Positions 32,001 to 35,265 of a stretch of DNA of 64,000 nucleotides are shown here, in pieces (within the stretch, counting starts at the first letter, position 1; each line of letters opens with the position of its first letter). The translations under genes and the position numbers were made by a program. The notes beneath the pieces are model-generated. The model saw nothing but the letters and a program-made list of their open reading frames with translations. It did not search any database and was not told the origin of the DNA. The stretch is from Bacteroidales bacterium (lineage in GTDB: Bacteria; Bacteroidota; Bacteroidia; Bacteroidales; WCHB1-69), in NCBI GenBank assembly GCA_045627805.1, contig JAZQOJ010000201.1, positions 59,467 through 123,466 on the forward strand, in the 5' to 3' direction.

Positions 32001-32622
32001 CACTGTTGACTTGAGCGACAACACGGTAACCGTTTATATGCCGACTACTGAGCCAGGTACTTACCAGTTCGGTATCGTAATCGATGGTTGTGAATACGAT
32101 GTTACTGCTCAAATCCTCTGGGGTTCATACAACGGCATCCAGATTGTGGATCAGAAGTGGGACGATGTTGCCGTATGCAATAACAATCCTACTACCAACG
32201 GTGGTTATAACTTCGTATCCTTCCAGTGGTACCGCAATGGTGTTGCCATTCCGGGTGCAACCAACCAGTACTATCAGGAAGTTGGTGGTCTGAATGGTGT
32301 CTATACCTTGTGGGTAATGGATGACCAGGGTAACGAATATATGACTTGCGAAATGATGGTTGCTACCAACCCGCAATTCAGAGTATATCCTGTTCCTGCT
32401 CACGTTGGTGTTGAAATCACTGTTGAGCTCCCGATGACTGCTGAAGAATTGGACGGCGCAGTACTTGACATCTTCGATGCTAAGGGTGCGTTGGTACAAA
32501 GAGTAACGAACTTGAACCCGATTACCCGCGTTGCTGGATTCGAAGCTCAAGGAACTTACTTCGGTCGCATCACGACTTCCAATAACACTATTGAGACGGT
32601 TAAATTCATCATTGTGAAATAA
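8023..32622 (+). CDS. Giant (8,199 aa) T9SS-sorted repetitive Ig-like-domain surface protein / adhesin-like
   Basis: Single uninterrupted 24.6-kb ORF with a signal peptide and a C-terminal Por/T9SS sorting-domain pattern. The body is almost entirely 85-95-aa modules that start with C-x-G-G-x-V-T-L-T-A and end with S/T-G-C, resembling the CHU_C-associated Ig-like module pattern as I recall it. Confidence 0.9.
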   Translation: MKKFTIFFLMVFIFLGNQARSETVFSPSSGAKNGSKAIVGTKYSNYSSAYTSEKSVYNYTNRSGSVYGVKGPRGTHNATVAIEGPHYACSAAELILTAMVSDNNVLDTTQYGFVWEMSDDGGHTWNAAPHATSNPVYHEPVATFADGLVMFRVYVTSYPNGLCHKDTSAVFYFQKTTPGAVTVTGESPACSQSLLTATTTSPANVDHWVWKKDGSTVAITTEPTYLATAAGSYTATAVYEGAENCDDTTTTAFSLVMGGTGIDLTAKLDGDFSAADYYQYGCPGAQVRLTATDGHAPYKWYRDGVLIGESNSNVFYDAPMTVGTHHYTVENALGCAGTADFKIVANPTVVIGSTGGVHYCTNTTANVTLWSSVPSEHFATDLYTYGWVRDGMAYSSVGASYFTDNVAPNDDPITYVLQLTDAARSCSAISNEVQVYVHPMPGVEIVANPNPVCSGANVELNAVTSGYVTTAPTFHWSNGITDTTANVVLENVTAATTVTVTVTGARPSMECTAQADVDITLLPEMETPVVTITDPTTGVAGVLACNDAQVRVTATGLSASRTDYIYTWYKNGVLMPGVTDSTFMDELNNTANESIEVEYTVELTSTSGCGTKRSSKTIELLPKFDLYITGPNHACAGTEVTLTVGASTDPISLTLATGAEYDWYMDDNTSFAHTVTGEVTIDAASMIAQSQPYQIYAIATYAIAPKMLGCKVVSTTNFQLQVDPQPAITLSASDTIICNDGSVTLTVSDCRNCDVQNAAYKWVRNTTDTVAGAIGSSFTDTPDAATDYEVIFYQHYSDDQLSSASSCTAHSTIHVDVVAAPEVASITLDPNADTVCSGTEITITADTTIYNNVANGHFTWYRNGELMNGVQGASFTETLTAEGSAASYYYTAVYTQDASGCVSESKYSDTIQVRPMPTVTITGAPVVCKGTDNVILTANLNDTYGATYNYQWRRHNVNVGTNSNTLTLTEDARNYAYEYSVVVTNAATGCSVMSDTYSVMVDSAPVFTIATPNNICEGGDVTLVPQFAANVNPNDFTYVWSTGATTATLNTGALTTTQTYNVTVTVPETGCTATLSSDVTVNVVADPTVELTIDPAAICYGAQVTPTAVAANGVANADFTYTWYRNGAEIEGVSAASFTETPHNYDNEATRFTYVVVASQNASGCVSVADTAVVTVYQNPTISITGDPVLCAVGNQNEVHLTATLNDTLAGQNYTYVWRKDNVNTSITTADYIEGLTAREYPYTFTVVATGNNGCSVVSEPYNVYVNDSILVSVDATSAKVCSGVEVTLTANVGSNFDALNYRWYTVNGTVETEITGEYGRTLTIHPTATTQYRVRIMQGESYCEAVGDTTIEVITTSPAVQITPATPVTITLCDGGELTLNAVVTPEANGTYTWYKNNQLFNTTSSTLIDNPTTVDNDSTRYSYMVVFLQDSTGCVSRATKNVDVFNNITVEVSGDQIICEGTNVTLTANAQGFMDDALSMTYTWYVNNAIAAGTSTVSGDEIKFESTTAPVAQDAPYMYSVQINRGNGCTARSAEIPVYVMAKPIVNITANDTTICAGGEIIFTANLNNQNANDIVYTWYNNSTDSVAGATSDVYVSAFDAAGEYTIVAKVAQTTSECSATDTIKVNVRNIPTITMTADRDTVCAGYEFTFTANATSDIAETFTYTWYKNNELIAGANQAVLYDAPEAVGAQETRYIYGVVAHQASAGCESNIKYDTVYVRPNPTVAINGDAIICNDSAIVLAAVVNDYVEGMGTLDYQWRLFNQDIAGATTDTLRANKPAQDAPYIYTVVVTNNNDGCSVVSSEFPVYVNDTILVEVTSSVDSLCEGAEVTFTANLGDYNATNLVYRWYDNAGNEITGATNRTLTVQPANTGWNHYSVQVFQTTSECVATGEDSVKVIAAPEIDLTLNRNMVCSGGEVVLNVTSTQEGTFAWYRQNRLIDGANQDELHDSPIAINNDSTLYIYGVTFTSNVPGCTATADTTVNVYPNPYVLVVGDPIICDGNAVVLTANIVDYDTTLVNLNYQWLVNNTIIPGATTRNLTYNAADSTDPYIFVAHVQFDNGCRSFSADYPVYVNDSIYVTVTADDTTICKNGTVTLTANLADYNDDFLTYQWYKGTNSIPGATSRTYTTTVEDNATFKVRVYQTSSQCTAEGSINIHAYDVPTISAITLSQDSVCTGYQVRVSATLATAGVSTDSCIYTWYRNGVLMNGISGPSFYDAPHMDGDTLQVFVYSATVSQTSSACESPMKFSDTLFVFPMPTVEVSGDAILCYGDTITLFAHIQQDDASDFLSTTHTWLVNNDITLNDGVLTAPNTIFYRENIVRPATDEPYMFSVRINRGNGCTVTSAPYAVKINAAPVAFVTADDTTICENGTATLYTHIDNYNIDNLTFQWYKDAIIPANMIQGANEPIYTTSELSATTTYFVIVSQTTSLCADTAQINVNVVSAPSIASIELSADNICQGAQDTITAHAIGGVEGEAYSFTWYRNNVEIEGVHDSTFVDAPTLADIDQNQFVYTAVVRQESAGCVAPASASVVLSVLQNPTVSISGDAILCNDSLITLVAHVNDTTTGVGAYEYQWRLNNEDIAGMTTDTLKQNKAAQDEPYLYSVVISNVNGCTSISEPYAVYVNDTILVEVTSTEDSICAGGVVTLTANLGDYNADNLVYRWYTVDGSAETEIAGATSRTLTVEPIETTSYRVRVLQTTSECNAFGDYTIKVVEAPEVTLTLTPDSVICSGGQITLTATVEGEGSYAWYRNQSLIAGADQNTYTDSPLAVDGDVTEFAYAVIFTPNIEGCVSTTVDTLVTVYPNHSVEIAGDPIICNTNNVQLTANLNDTVAGGTYTYQWMLANEDIAGATDRIYDANYSTSRDYPYIFTVRATNELSGCSSISEPFYVYVNANPVVAVSATDTSVCNDGEVTLTAHIGDNNTPNLVYTWYADGVEIAGATEATYTTTVTATTTYKVDVRQTTSDCHAENTIVVYKHEVPTVALAVGTVTDSVVCEGGEVTLVATATSDNVLGALTYTWYDNGQVIEGVTGATYTVSPAAADHDSTTHHYTVVVSAEAPACTSAPSNTVNISVVANPTIMLLADQTVCELEDINVTASIIGTVLAPISYQWYVNDTPSPAAGFVLEEGVQYQLTDNQPYRDEPYFYRFGLTMGNGCVSMSEPIAIHVNALPSVVVTLDDQNICKGGVVTAVANLANNNMEDLTYTWRVDGFTVPGATSATFTTPAFTTVANHTVSVRVVQSTVDQTLCAVTYDKQVVVNDIPSIASVELDADSICEGHLVTVTAHATSGVANEPYHFTWYKNGVVINGATDSVYTETPVANNGDTAIYVYTVVASQPSAGCTSIAASDTLYVFPNPSVQISGDQLICEANQINLYANVNDYALDSALHYQWRLFNHNVGIDSVGLKLDTVPSDQPYLFTVEVSNGLGCSALSAEYPVYINDSIFVEITHNQDSICPGAEVTFTANLVDYNNDNLTYRWYKITPSDTAEIWGATNSTLTVNPVDTQYIYKLEVLQTTSGCVAIGYDSVKVIDAPILTWETVSDTTVCFGGEVHLAVTPNSNGYYTWYRNGQLITGANLNQLFDSPVAVDMDSTSYRYDVMYTPLVAGCRSEMIDTVVYVYPNPMIQITGDAIVCTLTDSNVYLIAHLSDTISGAMYQDITYHWFESNENIDAQNLSTNDTLLIDSLPFRDEPYIFQVELTNGRGCTVMSEPFEVFVNDTTFVEVTSSSDTVCAGGEVELVANLGNYNHDNMIYRWYYKTEGMTDSMTVWGGTSRTLLYAPEKTTYFTVVATQTTSECYAVGYDTVFVTTPIVVEIASETGHDTLCSGGEITLVARDANTHEDLVGGTYVWTENGVIIPGAVASSLTRSLMAIDDDSTAYMYGVTYSQDFVGCHSAEVDTTIVVYMNPTVQISGDPIICNSAEPFNVVLVANVNDTVHQDLSYEWRLFNRDLEEITDSIEGVDTDTLRMFAPATDNAYLYTVQVSNHRGCTTLSEEFPVYVNDTASIQVVVTADNDTVCIGGDVTFTAHLSDYNSTNLIFQWYKHDTTATGEDTLIAIDYGTEPILTYTMTDSLWNKFELHITQTNSGCKAFGVDSVYVWPRVPYAISRVNARNVATGSREICEGGEIDVEVSLVDLNGNSIDSTLFTYNWYRNGWGDNPMLNGPWFRESPLTVDQDTTHYVYSAAIVLDIPGCEFSQANFSDTVTVKRNPVVTISGDPYVCQYNPVSLIAWVDGLADFYTTYVWYEHGQERATCSPYNPSTNNAYLFSYHEEWPVSTGFAYEFTVRTHSPNGCGALSDPFQVVVVEAPVVNITASEDTICVGGEVTFTANLDNYNLDYLQYQWYHDAPIQENLIPGATLPTYTTTLDVTQTYYVKVFSALVANDTLCTALDAKEIIVVSDPVVDSVTISVDQICDGGQVTVTAHTTEGVPADAYSFTWYRNGILLPGIVDSTFTESPLTVDGDITRYVYSAVATQVSSGCESEQTFAADTLVVYPNPTVVIAGDPIICEDSVVMLSANVTNDYFGAELTYTWLLYNDTIRAPRTGAGADTIIDVRGPQDYAYIYTAVVNNAHGCLTESAPYYVYVNDTIIVEVTATEDTICETGSVTLTANIGDYNDTDLTYRWYANEPVAANEIWGATQSQLTIVPDSTTTYFVRVFQTTSDCETFGSHTITVNDRPVIDSIKLSVYEICEGGQVTVTAHANGGVDPENNAYIFTWYANDELIEGVTDSTFVVSPLTVDGDIQDITYSATVHQEVAGCVSDRKFADSDLRINPNPQVVIESDPLICENDTMVLYANVTNQYATANLTYTWKLENDTVGHNDTLHYYGEPRDHAYNFTVVVANEHGCTVESAVYSVTVNPRPVIEVTAFEDTICETGSTVLTAHVDNANLNNLMYRWYNATTSDSIYGGRENTLTVAPETTTDYAVAVYQVGSECWSYDTITVTVNDRPVIDSIKLSVYEICEGGQVTVTAHANGGVNPENNAYIFTWYANDELIDGVTDSTFVVSPLTVDGDIQDITYSATVRQEVAGCVSDRKYADSALRINPNPQVVIESDPLICENDTIHLHARTTNDYPTASLTYTWELENVPVHIGADFDTVVDARDHAYNFTVVATNDHGCTTESAVYSVTVNPSPVVEVTASEETICEGGNTVLTANVDNYNLNNLTYQWYAADLSNEVDGAMQREITVNPTDTTMYIVEVYQVGSECRSYDSITINVNEVPVVDSVILSSYEMCYGGQPTITAYAHGGVDTAEYPYFYTWYRNGQLIEGVTAATFTDNLSEWAVDNDDTYYVYTAVAHQAASGCTSAPVSADRLNVYMNPRVEITGDPYVCETGPVFLYANVDTSSINVGSLSYVWYESGQLRDNTAYGFGNSFIFSEYFYARPNPYHMQVEVNRGNGCRTMSEPFDVYVMEQPQAFVTATETEICEGGSVTVRANLEDYHMEDLTFQWYENVVDHAHEIYGATMPVYTANNVDTTTTYIVRVFRTLSECVYYDDVTVNVHADPTVTLSVSDNDTVICSGGEFTMTASAVYDAELGYPTFTWKRNGVVLDNTMDSVFTDHPVTVDNDSVNFTYGVYVTLSASGCTSTISETSTINVTVLPNATVQIQGDPVICGAGTSLDTITLIANVNDTSALVDGFTYEWRLYNRTINAEQDSIIGRADSNVLSIVVAPSTEPYVFTVQVSNENGCSTSSAEFPVFVSDTTSVVVTANETDICEGGEVTLYANLGDYNVANLTYQWFADGVEIPGATGSTYTTTLDSTTTFSVNLIQTTSSCLSYSDITIYVHEDPTVTLAINDNDTVICEGGQLTLTATAVYDTILGAATYTWYRNHVEIADAHDSIYVESPVTVDNDVTTYEYSVVVSLAASGCQSVVTDSSTVNVTVYANPTIQIEGDHNICGTGEGLDHIHLVANVNDSVANSREFTFEWRLFNATLDQTTNTLDTVLAANDEPYIFTAIVANENGCTMTSEAFEVYVHEAVEVVAMTTESDVCVGGEVTVSAHLNNYNVEGLTYQWLANGDTIEGANEATYTTVLDSTTTFEVLVAQPTTSCISRSTVDVNVHADPTVTVAISDADTNVCEGGQFTLTATATYDAVLGTPVYTWFRNGVEIVNATEATLTESPVTVDGDITNYSYEVLVTLTASGCQSVITDSSALDVHVYPNSTVQISGDPIICGAGANSVATTLTANLNDTVTDVDGYTFEWRLFNSTLTSADASVVSGVETAELTYNLAVSDNPYIFTVIVRNPNGCTTESAPFYVYVNDTADINVTANEYDVCEGGQVTFTANIGDYNMPNLTYQWFAGDTTNAIAGATQSTYTTTFDTAADYTYIVRVYQPTSNCVAYGENTVTVHADPTVTVAISDNDTTICEGGEFTLTATATYDSELGTPVYTWFRNGVAIANATEATLTESPVTINGDVTTYTYEVLVTLAQSGCQSVINAASTMNVTVLANPSVEIAGDHNICGNGAGADHVILTANVNDTVADVDGFTYEWRLFNTTVGTDNTIDTVLPSNDEPYVFTVIVRNENGCTTTSAPFEVLVNEPVVVTALTTEADICEGGNVTVSAHLDNYNVGGLTYQWVANGDTIEGANEATYTTSLDATTTFEVIVEQPTTSCISNAEVTVNVHPDPVVTVAISDDDNTICEGGEFTLTATATYDDVLGDVTYTWTRNGVVIAGANGAQLHESQVTVDNDLTTITYTVKATLTASGCESVITDASTMVVTVVPAPSIVIAGDPVICGSGAAATTVQLTANVNDTSAMVDGFEYEWRLFNNTLSAYTTNELNMQLAPSVDPYIFTVVLHNENGCSTTSADYSVMVNAAPEVVITASESDICEGGQTTLTATLNDYNTEALTYQWQLNGVDIAGATQATYTTPATLLDGNYEYTVIVRQTTSDCVSSDVYNVTVHANPVIAGITVSNDFICDGGQVVVTATGNYDTELGAATYTWYRNGIELEGVTANTFVDYPTVVDDQTTFTYSAVVTLAASGCTSAAAYAPVVTVNPHATITVASEGSLTVCEGGDVTLTANVDPAGTYDYQWYIDNVEAGHNSNVFVAQGLSARETPYMVHVVATGAAGCITSTMNDAVAINVVADPIVTLVDAANAGASTVCVGGTATLTASFEGGVASINGMGAPTYTWFNNGEQVGTGSTYVIPTDLAAGSYNYTVVMSFTDNAYGCDVNTAVQGNTGVYNFTVVDEPVPFIAINVDNDSIVCEGGHTALYVHHIDGGIAGAQYEYQWYRNGIMLAGETSETLTTAADLVANNYEYYVTVRNAEVACEGTSNTITIPVVAVPVATISGAANVCVGGNVTLTASVDNTYGADVTYQWNRNGEAISGATESTYTTDVNLEAGSYNYTVTVMNPLTGCNTTSGAVAANVVADPTVVVLGAADVCEGGTITLVADVAETVAGAAYDYAWYRNGVQVGDNANTYTTDATLAAGTYNYNVVITPSDLMGCNATSAMVQSTVIDLPEVTISGAANEVCEGGSVVLNANVQPTGTYNYIWYVDGQVLNTMNTATVATDATLAQGTYTYSVEVWNNEYDNTCRATAQFDYTVVAEPSIDSIITSLDNNQMCVGGNVTLTALMSNGTTAANNNVQYFWKKNGVAINGANSATLTENLNVAGTYTYTVYATQTNGAYTTGCQSDEMEVVIEVLDQPFVAIHHEGQLQVCQGGYVELNAIVEGGVGEPTIVWRRNGARISAYDNLSTITTDVNDLVGNYTYSVNVNYPVASGCSASSDEVTVSVLYQPVWGQTVVSSADLCQDETVYLTATVSGGIEDANHQTGSYIQWVVAPADDQNNVSNVAGGLGGQSYDIVNVAGNYIYYPIYVAPANTNCYPNNTPNAHTVAVHEHPTATMTLGNGSDIICWNDGDDNAQLNITFQGTAPFHFFLQDMRTNEIFEHNTNSNHFSLDVTPESTTTYQIFQLSDRYCEGEVLNTATVTVVVSQFELLVDSVAICPEGDYPTATFTFNNSTVNDDRDTVWFEIVDYNNIGFDYQFGTVDLSDNTVTVYMPTTEPGTYQFGIVIDGCEYDVTAQILWGSYNGIQIVDQKWDDVAVCNNNPTTNGGYNFVSFQWYRNGVAIPGATNQYYQEVGGLNGVYTLWVMDDQGNEYMTCEMMVATNPQFRVYPVPAHVGVEITVELPMTAEELDGAVLDIFDAKGALVQRVTNLNPITRVAGFEAQGTYFGRITTSNNTIETVKFIIVK
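22058..23683 (+). repeat. Two tandem 813-bp units (recent in-frame duplication)
   Basis: 22058-22412 versus 22871-23225 align with an 813-nt offset. The first 57 nt are identical and most later differences are single substitutions. Similarity continues at lower level (for example 22528 versus 23341). Confidence 0.85.
24532..28731 (+). repeat. Five closely related triad units (starts at 24532, 25384, 26209, 27073, 27895)
   Basis: Each unit opens with GT(A/T)CA(C/T)(G/C)C(T/G)GATCCT(A/G)(C/T)TGT... encoding VHADPTVT(V/L)A(I/V)SD.D. Units 26209, 27073 and 27895 share long near-identical peptide runs (ICEGGEFTLTATATYD..LGTPVYTWFRNGV). Confidence 0.8.
32377..32619 (+). other. T9SS (Por) C-terminal sorting domain, type-A-like
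   Basis: The last 81 aa are FRVYPVPAHVGVEITVELP...LDIFDAKGALVQRV...AQGTYFGRITTSNNTIETVKFIIVK. This fits the YPNPA...G.Y...K.I/V pattern of TIGR04183-type CTDs, from memory of the family. Confidence 0.75.
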
Positions 32623-32637
32623 TAATCTTATGCCTAT

Positions 32638-32661
32638 CCTTAGCGGAGCAATCCGCTAAGG
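32638..32661 (+). promoter_or_regulatory. Perfect 10-bp stem / GCAA tetraloop hairpin without a U-tract
   Basis: CCTTAGCGGA-GCAA-TCCGCTAAGG sits 16 nt after the giant-gene stop. There is no T-run after it and no promoter box before the next gene. Confidence 0.5.
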
Positions 32662-32704
32662 ATCCAGGTTAACCTAAGTATAGAAAATTAAAATTTTATA
32701 TATT

Positions 32705-34264
32705 ATGAAAAAACAATTATTTTTAATCGGTCTTATTTTGGCTTGCTTTACCGGCTATTCTCAAGAAATTGATGATGCAATGGTAACCAAATCTGACTCT
32801 ATGGTTGTTGATTCAATTTGCCATTCACGCGTTACAGTTTTGTTTGGTGGTGGATTTACGAACAACTTCTATAACAGATTTGACGGTATCAAGTATTCCA
32901 AGATCCACCCGAGTGTGCACAGTATTGAATTAGGTTATGCTTATTTCTTTGACAGACATTGGGGAATCGGTTTAGGGGTTGGTTTACAGCGTCAGTCGGC
33001 AAGAGCTAACATGAATTTCAATGGTGTTATTCCTGATGCAGCTGATCAACCGTATTATAACGAGTTCTCACAGCATTATACCAATTATGACCTTCGTTAT
33101 GAGACTAAGAATCTCATTGAACGTCAAACTATTTGGGCTGTTGAAGTTCCCCTTACTGCTCAGTTCCATCATTTCTTTGATGGCAAGAATGGACTCTTCG
33201 CCAGCTTAGGAGTTCGTGGTTATTTCCCCATTTACAACCGTTCTAAAGTTGTTGATGGTTCGTTGGTTACCACAGGTTGGGATGAGTATTACCACTTGTA
33301 TTATACTCACGAGTATTGTGTAAATCACGGTTTTGATGAATATACTGTTGAAGGCAATGGATCTGCTAAATTGAGATGTTCAGTGGATTTGGAAGCTAAT
33401 TTTGGCGGTTTGTTCAGAATTAATAACAAGGTTGATTTCTATGTTGGTTTGTTCTGCAATTATGGTTTCTTGGATATTCTTCCGAAAGCTGAAAACAGAC
33501 ATTCTTTCGTAGAACCCACTGACAACGCATATCAGTTCGATTATAATGGTTTGCTTGGCTCCAATGCTGACATTCTTTATGATCAAACTACCATTGCGAA
33601 CTATGTTGGGGATCAAGATGGTCAGACCAATTTGTTGAAAGAAAACTTGATTGGCAATTTCAAGTGGCACAATCTTCAAGTTGGTGTTAAGTTCGGTTTC
33701 AGCATCAGTCCTTGTGGCAAGGTTGACGAATCTGCTCGCAAGAAGTATTATAAGAAGATGACCGAGGCCGCTCAGAAATATCTTGATGATACCTGTAGTG
33801 CATGCGACAAGAACACTGAATATATTTATATCGTTCCTATGTGCCCCGAAAGCACTGAGAATGGTAATGAGTTGTCTCCTGAACAAAAGAAGGAAGTAAA
33901 AGAATTGGCTGAAGACCTTGAAAAGATTAAGATCCTCTTCGATTTGGATAAGGATGTTCCGAAAATCAATGAATGTGGAGATTATATTGACAAGGCCGCT
34001 AAGAAATTGAACAGCAATTCAGACGTTATTTTGGTAATTGAAGCTTATACTTGCAAGTTGGGTCCCGAAGAACACAACCGTGACCTTGCTAAGAGAAGAG
34101 CTGAAAGTATCAAGAGACTGTTTGTGGAGGAAAAGGGCTGCAGTCCGGATCAATTGGAATTGTTCACCTTCACCACTTCTGACAAGGAAAACAACGAAAA
34201 CATTACGGATCCTTCATTGGAAGAGCACAGAGCTGCTATTATCCGTATCAAGGTTAGAGACTAA
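32705..34264 (+). CDS. Outer-membrane beta-barrel protein with C-terminal OmpA-like peptidoglycan-binding domain
   Basis: Signal peptide MKKQLFLIGLILACFTGYSQE. About 320 aa of alternating aromatic/Gly-rich beta-barrel-like sequence, then a Cys-containing linker. The C-terminus (VILVIEAYTCKLGPEEHNRDLAKRRAESIKRLF) is OmpA_C-like. Confidence 0.8.
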   Translation: MKKQLFLIGLILACFTGYSQEIDDAMVTKSDSMVVDSICHSRVTVLFGGGFTNNFYNRFDGIKYSKIHPSVHSIELGYAYFFDRHWGIGLGVGLQRQSARANMNFNGVIPDAADQPYYNEFSQHYTNYDLRYETKNLIERQTIWAVEVPLTAQFHHFFDGKNGLFASLGVRGYFPIYNRSKVVDGSLVTTGWDEYYHLYYTHEYCVNHGFDEYTVEGNGSAKLRCSVDLEANFGGLFRINNKVDFYVGLFCNYGFLDILPKAENRHSFVEPTDNAYQFDYNGLLGSNADILYDQTTIANYVGDQDGQTNLLKENLIGNFKWHNLQVGVKFGFSISPCGKVDESARKKYYKKMTEAAQKYLDDTCSACDKNTEYIYIVPMCPESTENGNELSPEQKKEVKELAEDLEKIKILFDLDKDVPKINECGDYIDKAAKKLNSNSDVILVIEAYTCKLGPEEHNRDLAKRRAESIKRLFVEEKGCSPDQLELFTFTTSDKENNENITDPSLEEHRAAIIRIKVRD

Positions 34265-34284
34265 TCCGTAATTTATGTATCCTA

Positions 34285-34318
34285 AGAGGGCAATCAGTAA
34301 TGGTTGCCCTCTTTTTTA
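34285..34318 (+). terminator. Rho-independent terminator
   Basis: AAGAGGGCAA (34285-34294) pairs with TTGCCCTCTT (34304-34313) and a T-run follows. Confidence 0.8.
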
Positions 34319-34416
34319 TTACGGGAAAATTCTCTATTGTATAGGTGTGCATTGAGGTGAAAATTTTACTGATATATTTATTTTGCTAACCTTGTTATTA
34401 ATATTGATAAAAGTAG

Positions 34417-34424
34417 TACTTTTG
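34417..34424 (+). promoter_or_regulatory. Candidate -7 box (TACTTTTG)
   Basis: TAnnTTTG match 57 nt upstream of ATG 34481. Confidence 0.45.
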
Positions 34425-34480
34425 CAGTAGCAAATTGCTGCAATGAACCTTTTTTAACTCGTAATAATATATCTTCTACT

Positions 34481-35179
34481 ATGCAAAAGAAGAGAGACGA
34501 ATTGGCCGACAGTTTTATTTTCTCTATTGTACACGATTTGAAGAATATGATGGTACCGATTATGTCGCGTGCGGATATGTTGCAGATGTCGGGTATAAGT
34601 GAAGAGCGGCGCCAGTATTTGTTGAAGCAGCTTAATATCAGCTGTTCTACGATGATGGATGCCCTGAATAAGGTGGTGCGTATTTGTAAGGACCGTAATG
34701 GTATGAGTCATTATCGTGCGGAGCGCTTTAGTCTTCGATTCATTGTGCTTGAGGCATTGGATGTGTTGCAAGAGGATTATACATTGAAGTCGATTGAAGT
34801 GGTAAATGATGTTTCTGAGGATATTTTTGTCCTGGCTGATAAAGAGTCGATTTTGGGCGTTGTGATGAATTTGGTTGGGAATGCGGTGAAGTTCACGCCT
34901 GAGGGAGGCCACGTGAGAATTACCGCAGTGGATTGCGGAAATCGTGTTGATCTTTGTGTGGAGGATGACGGGTTGGGTGTTGATGAGGAAAAAATCAGCA
35001 AGTTATTGTATGAGAATCTGTACTTTACTACGCCAGGTACGAATGGTGAGCCCGGTACTGGTTTAGGGCTGATGTTGTGTGAGTCGCAGTTGGTTCGTAA
35101 TGGCAGTCACTTGCATTTCCGGCGTAATGAATCGTCGGGTTCTACCTTCGGTTTTGAACTTGAAAAATATCAAGCATAG
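34481..35179 (+). CDS. Minimal histidine kinase core (HisKA + HATPase_c), with no sensor or TM region
   Basis: H-box FSIVHDLKNMM, N-box VMNLVGNAVKFTPEGG, G1 EDDGLGVDEE and G2 GTGLGLMLC. Only 232 aa, and no response regulator gene is adjacent. Confidence 0.8.
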   Translation: MQKKRDELADSFIFSIVHDLKNMMVPIMSRADMLQMSGISEERRQYLLKQLNISCSTMMDALNKVVRICKDRNGMSHYRAERFSLRFIVLEALDVLQEDYTLKSIEVVNDVSEDIFVLADKESILGVVMNLVGNAVKFTPEGGHVRITAVDCGNRVDLCVEDDGLGVDEEKISKLLYENLYFTTPGTNGEPGTGLGLMLCESQLVRNGSHLHFRRNESSGSTFGFELEKYQA

Positions 35180-35231
35180 AGGGCTTGAAAAATGTTGATT
35201 GAATAGGGACTGTATTTTTAAAAAAATGATG

Positions 35232-35239
35232 TAATTTTG
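35232..35239 (+). promoter_or_regulatory. Candidate -7 box (TAATTTTG) for topA
   Basis: TAnnTTTG match 27 nt upstream of ATG 35266. Confidence 0.5.
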
Positions 35240-35265
35240 CGGTCCTAAAATCTAAATAGTAGAGA

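Noticed and set aside
8161-32550. Dozens of 60-300-aa minus-strand (and some off-frame plus-strand) ORFs inside the giant gene, for example 12238..13137 (299 aa) and 27382..28071 (229 aa).
   Set aside because: They are low-complexity shadows of the repetitive, T3-biased coding frame, rich in S, N, I and R. They have no start context or independent motifs and lie entirely within a far better supported ORF.
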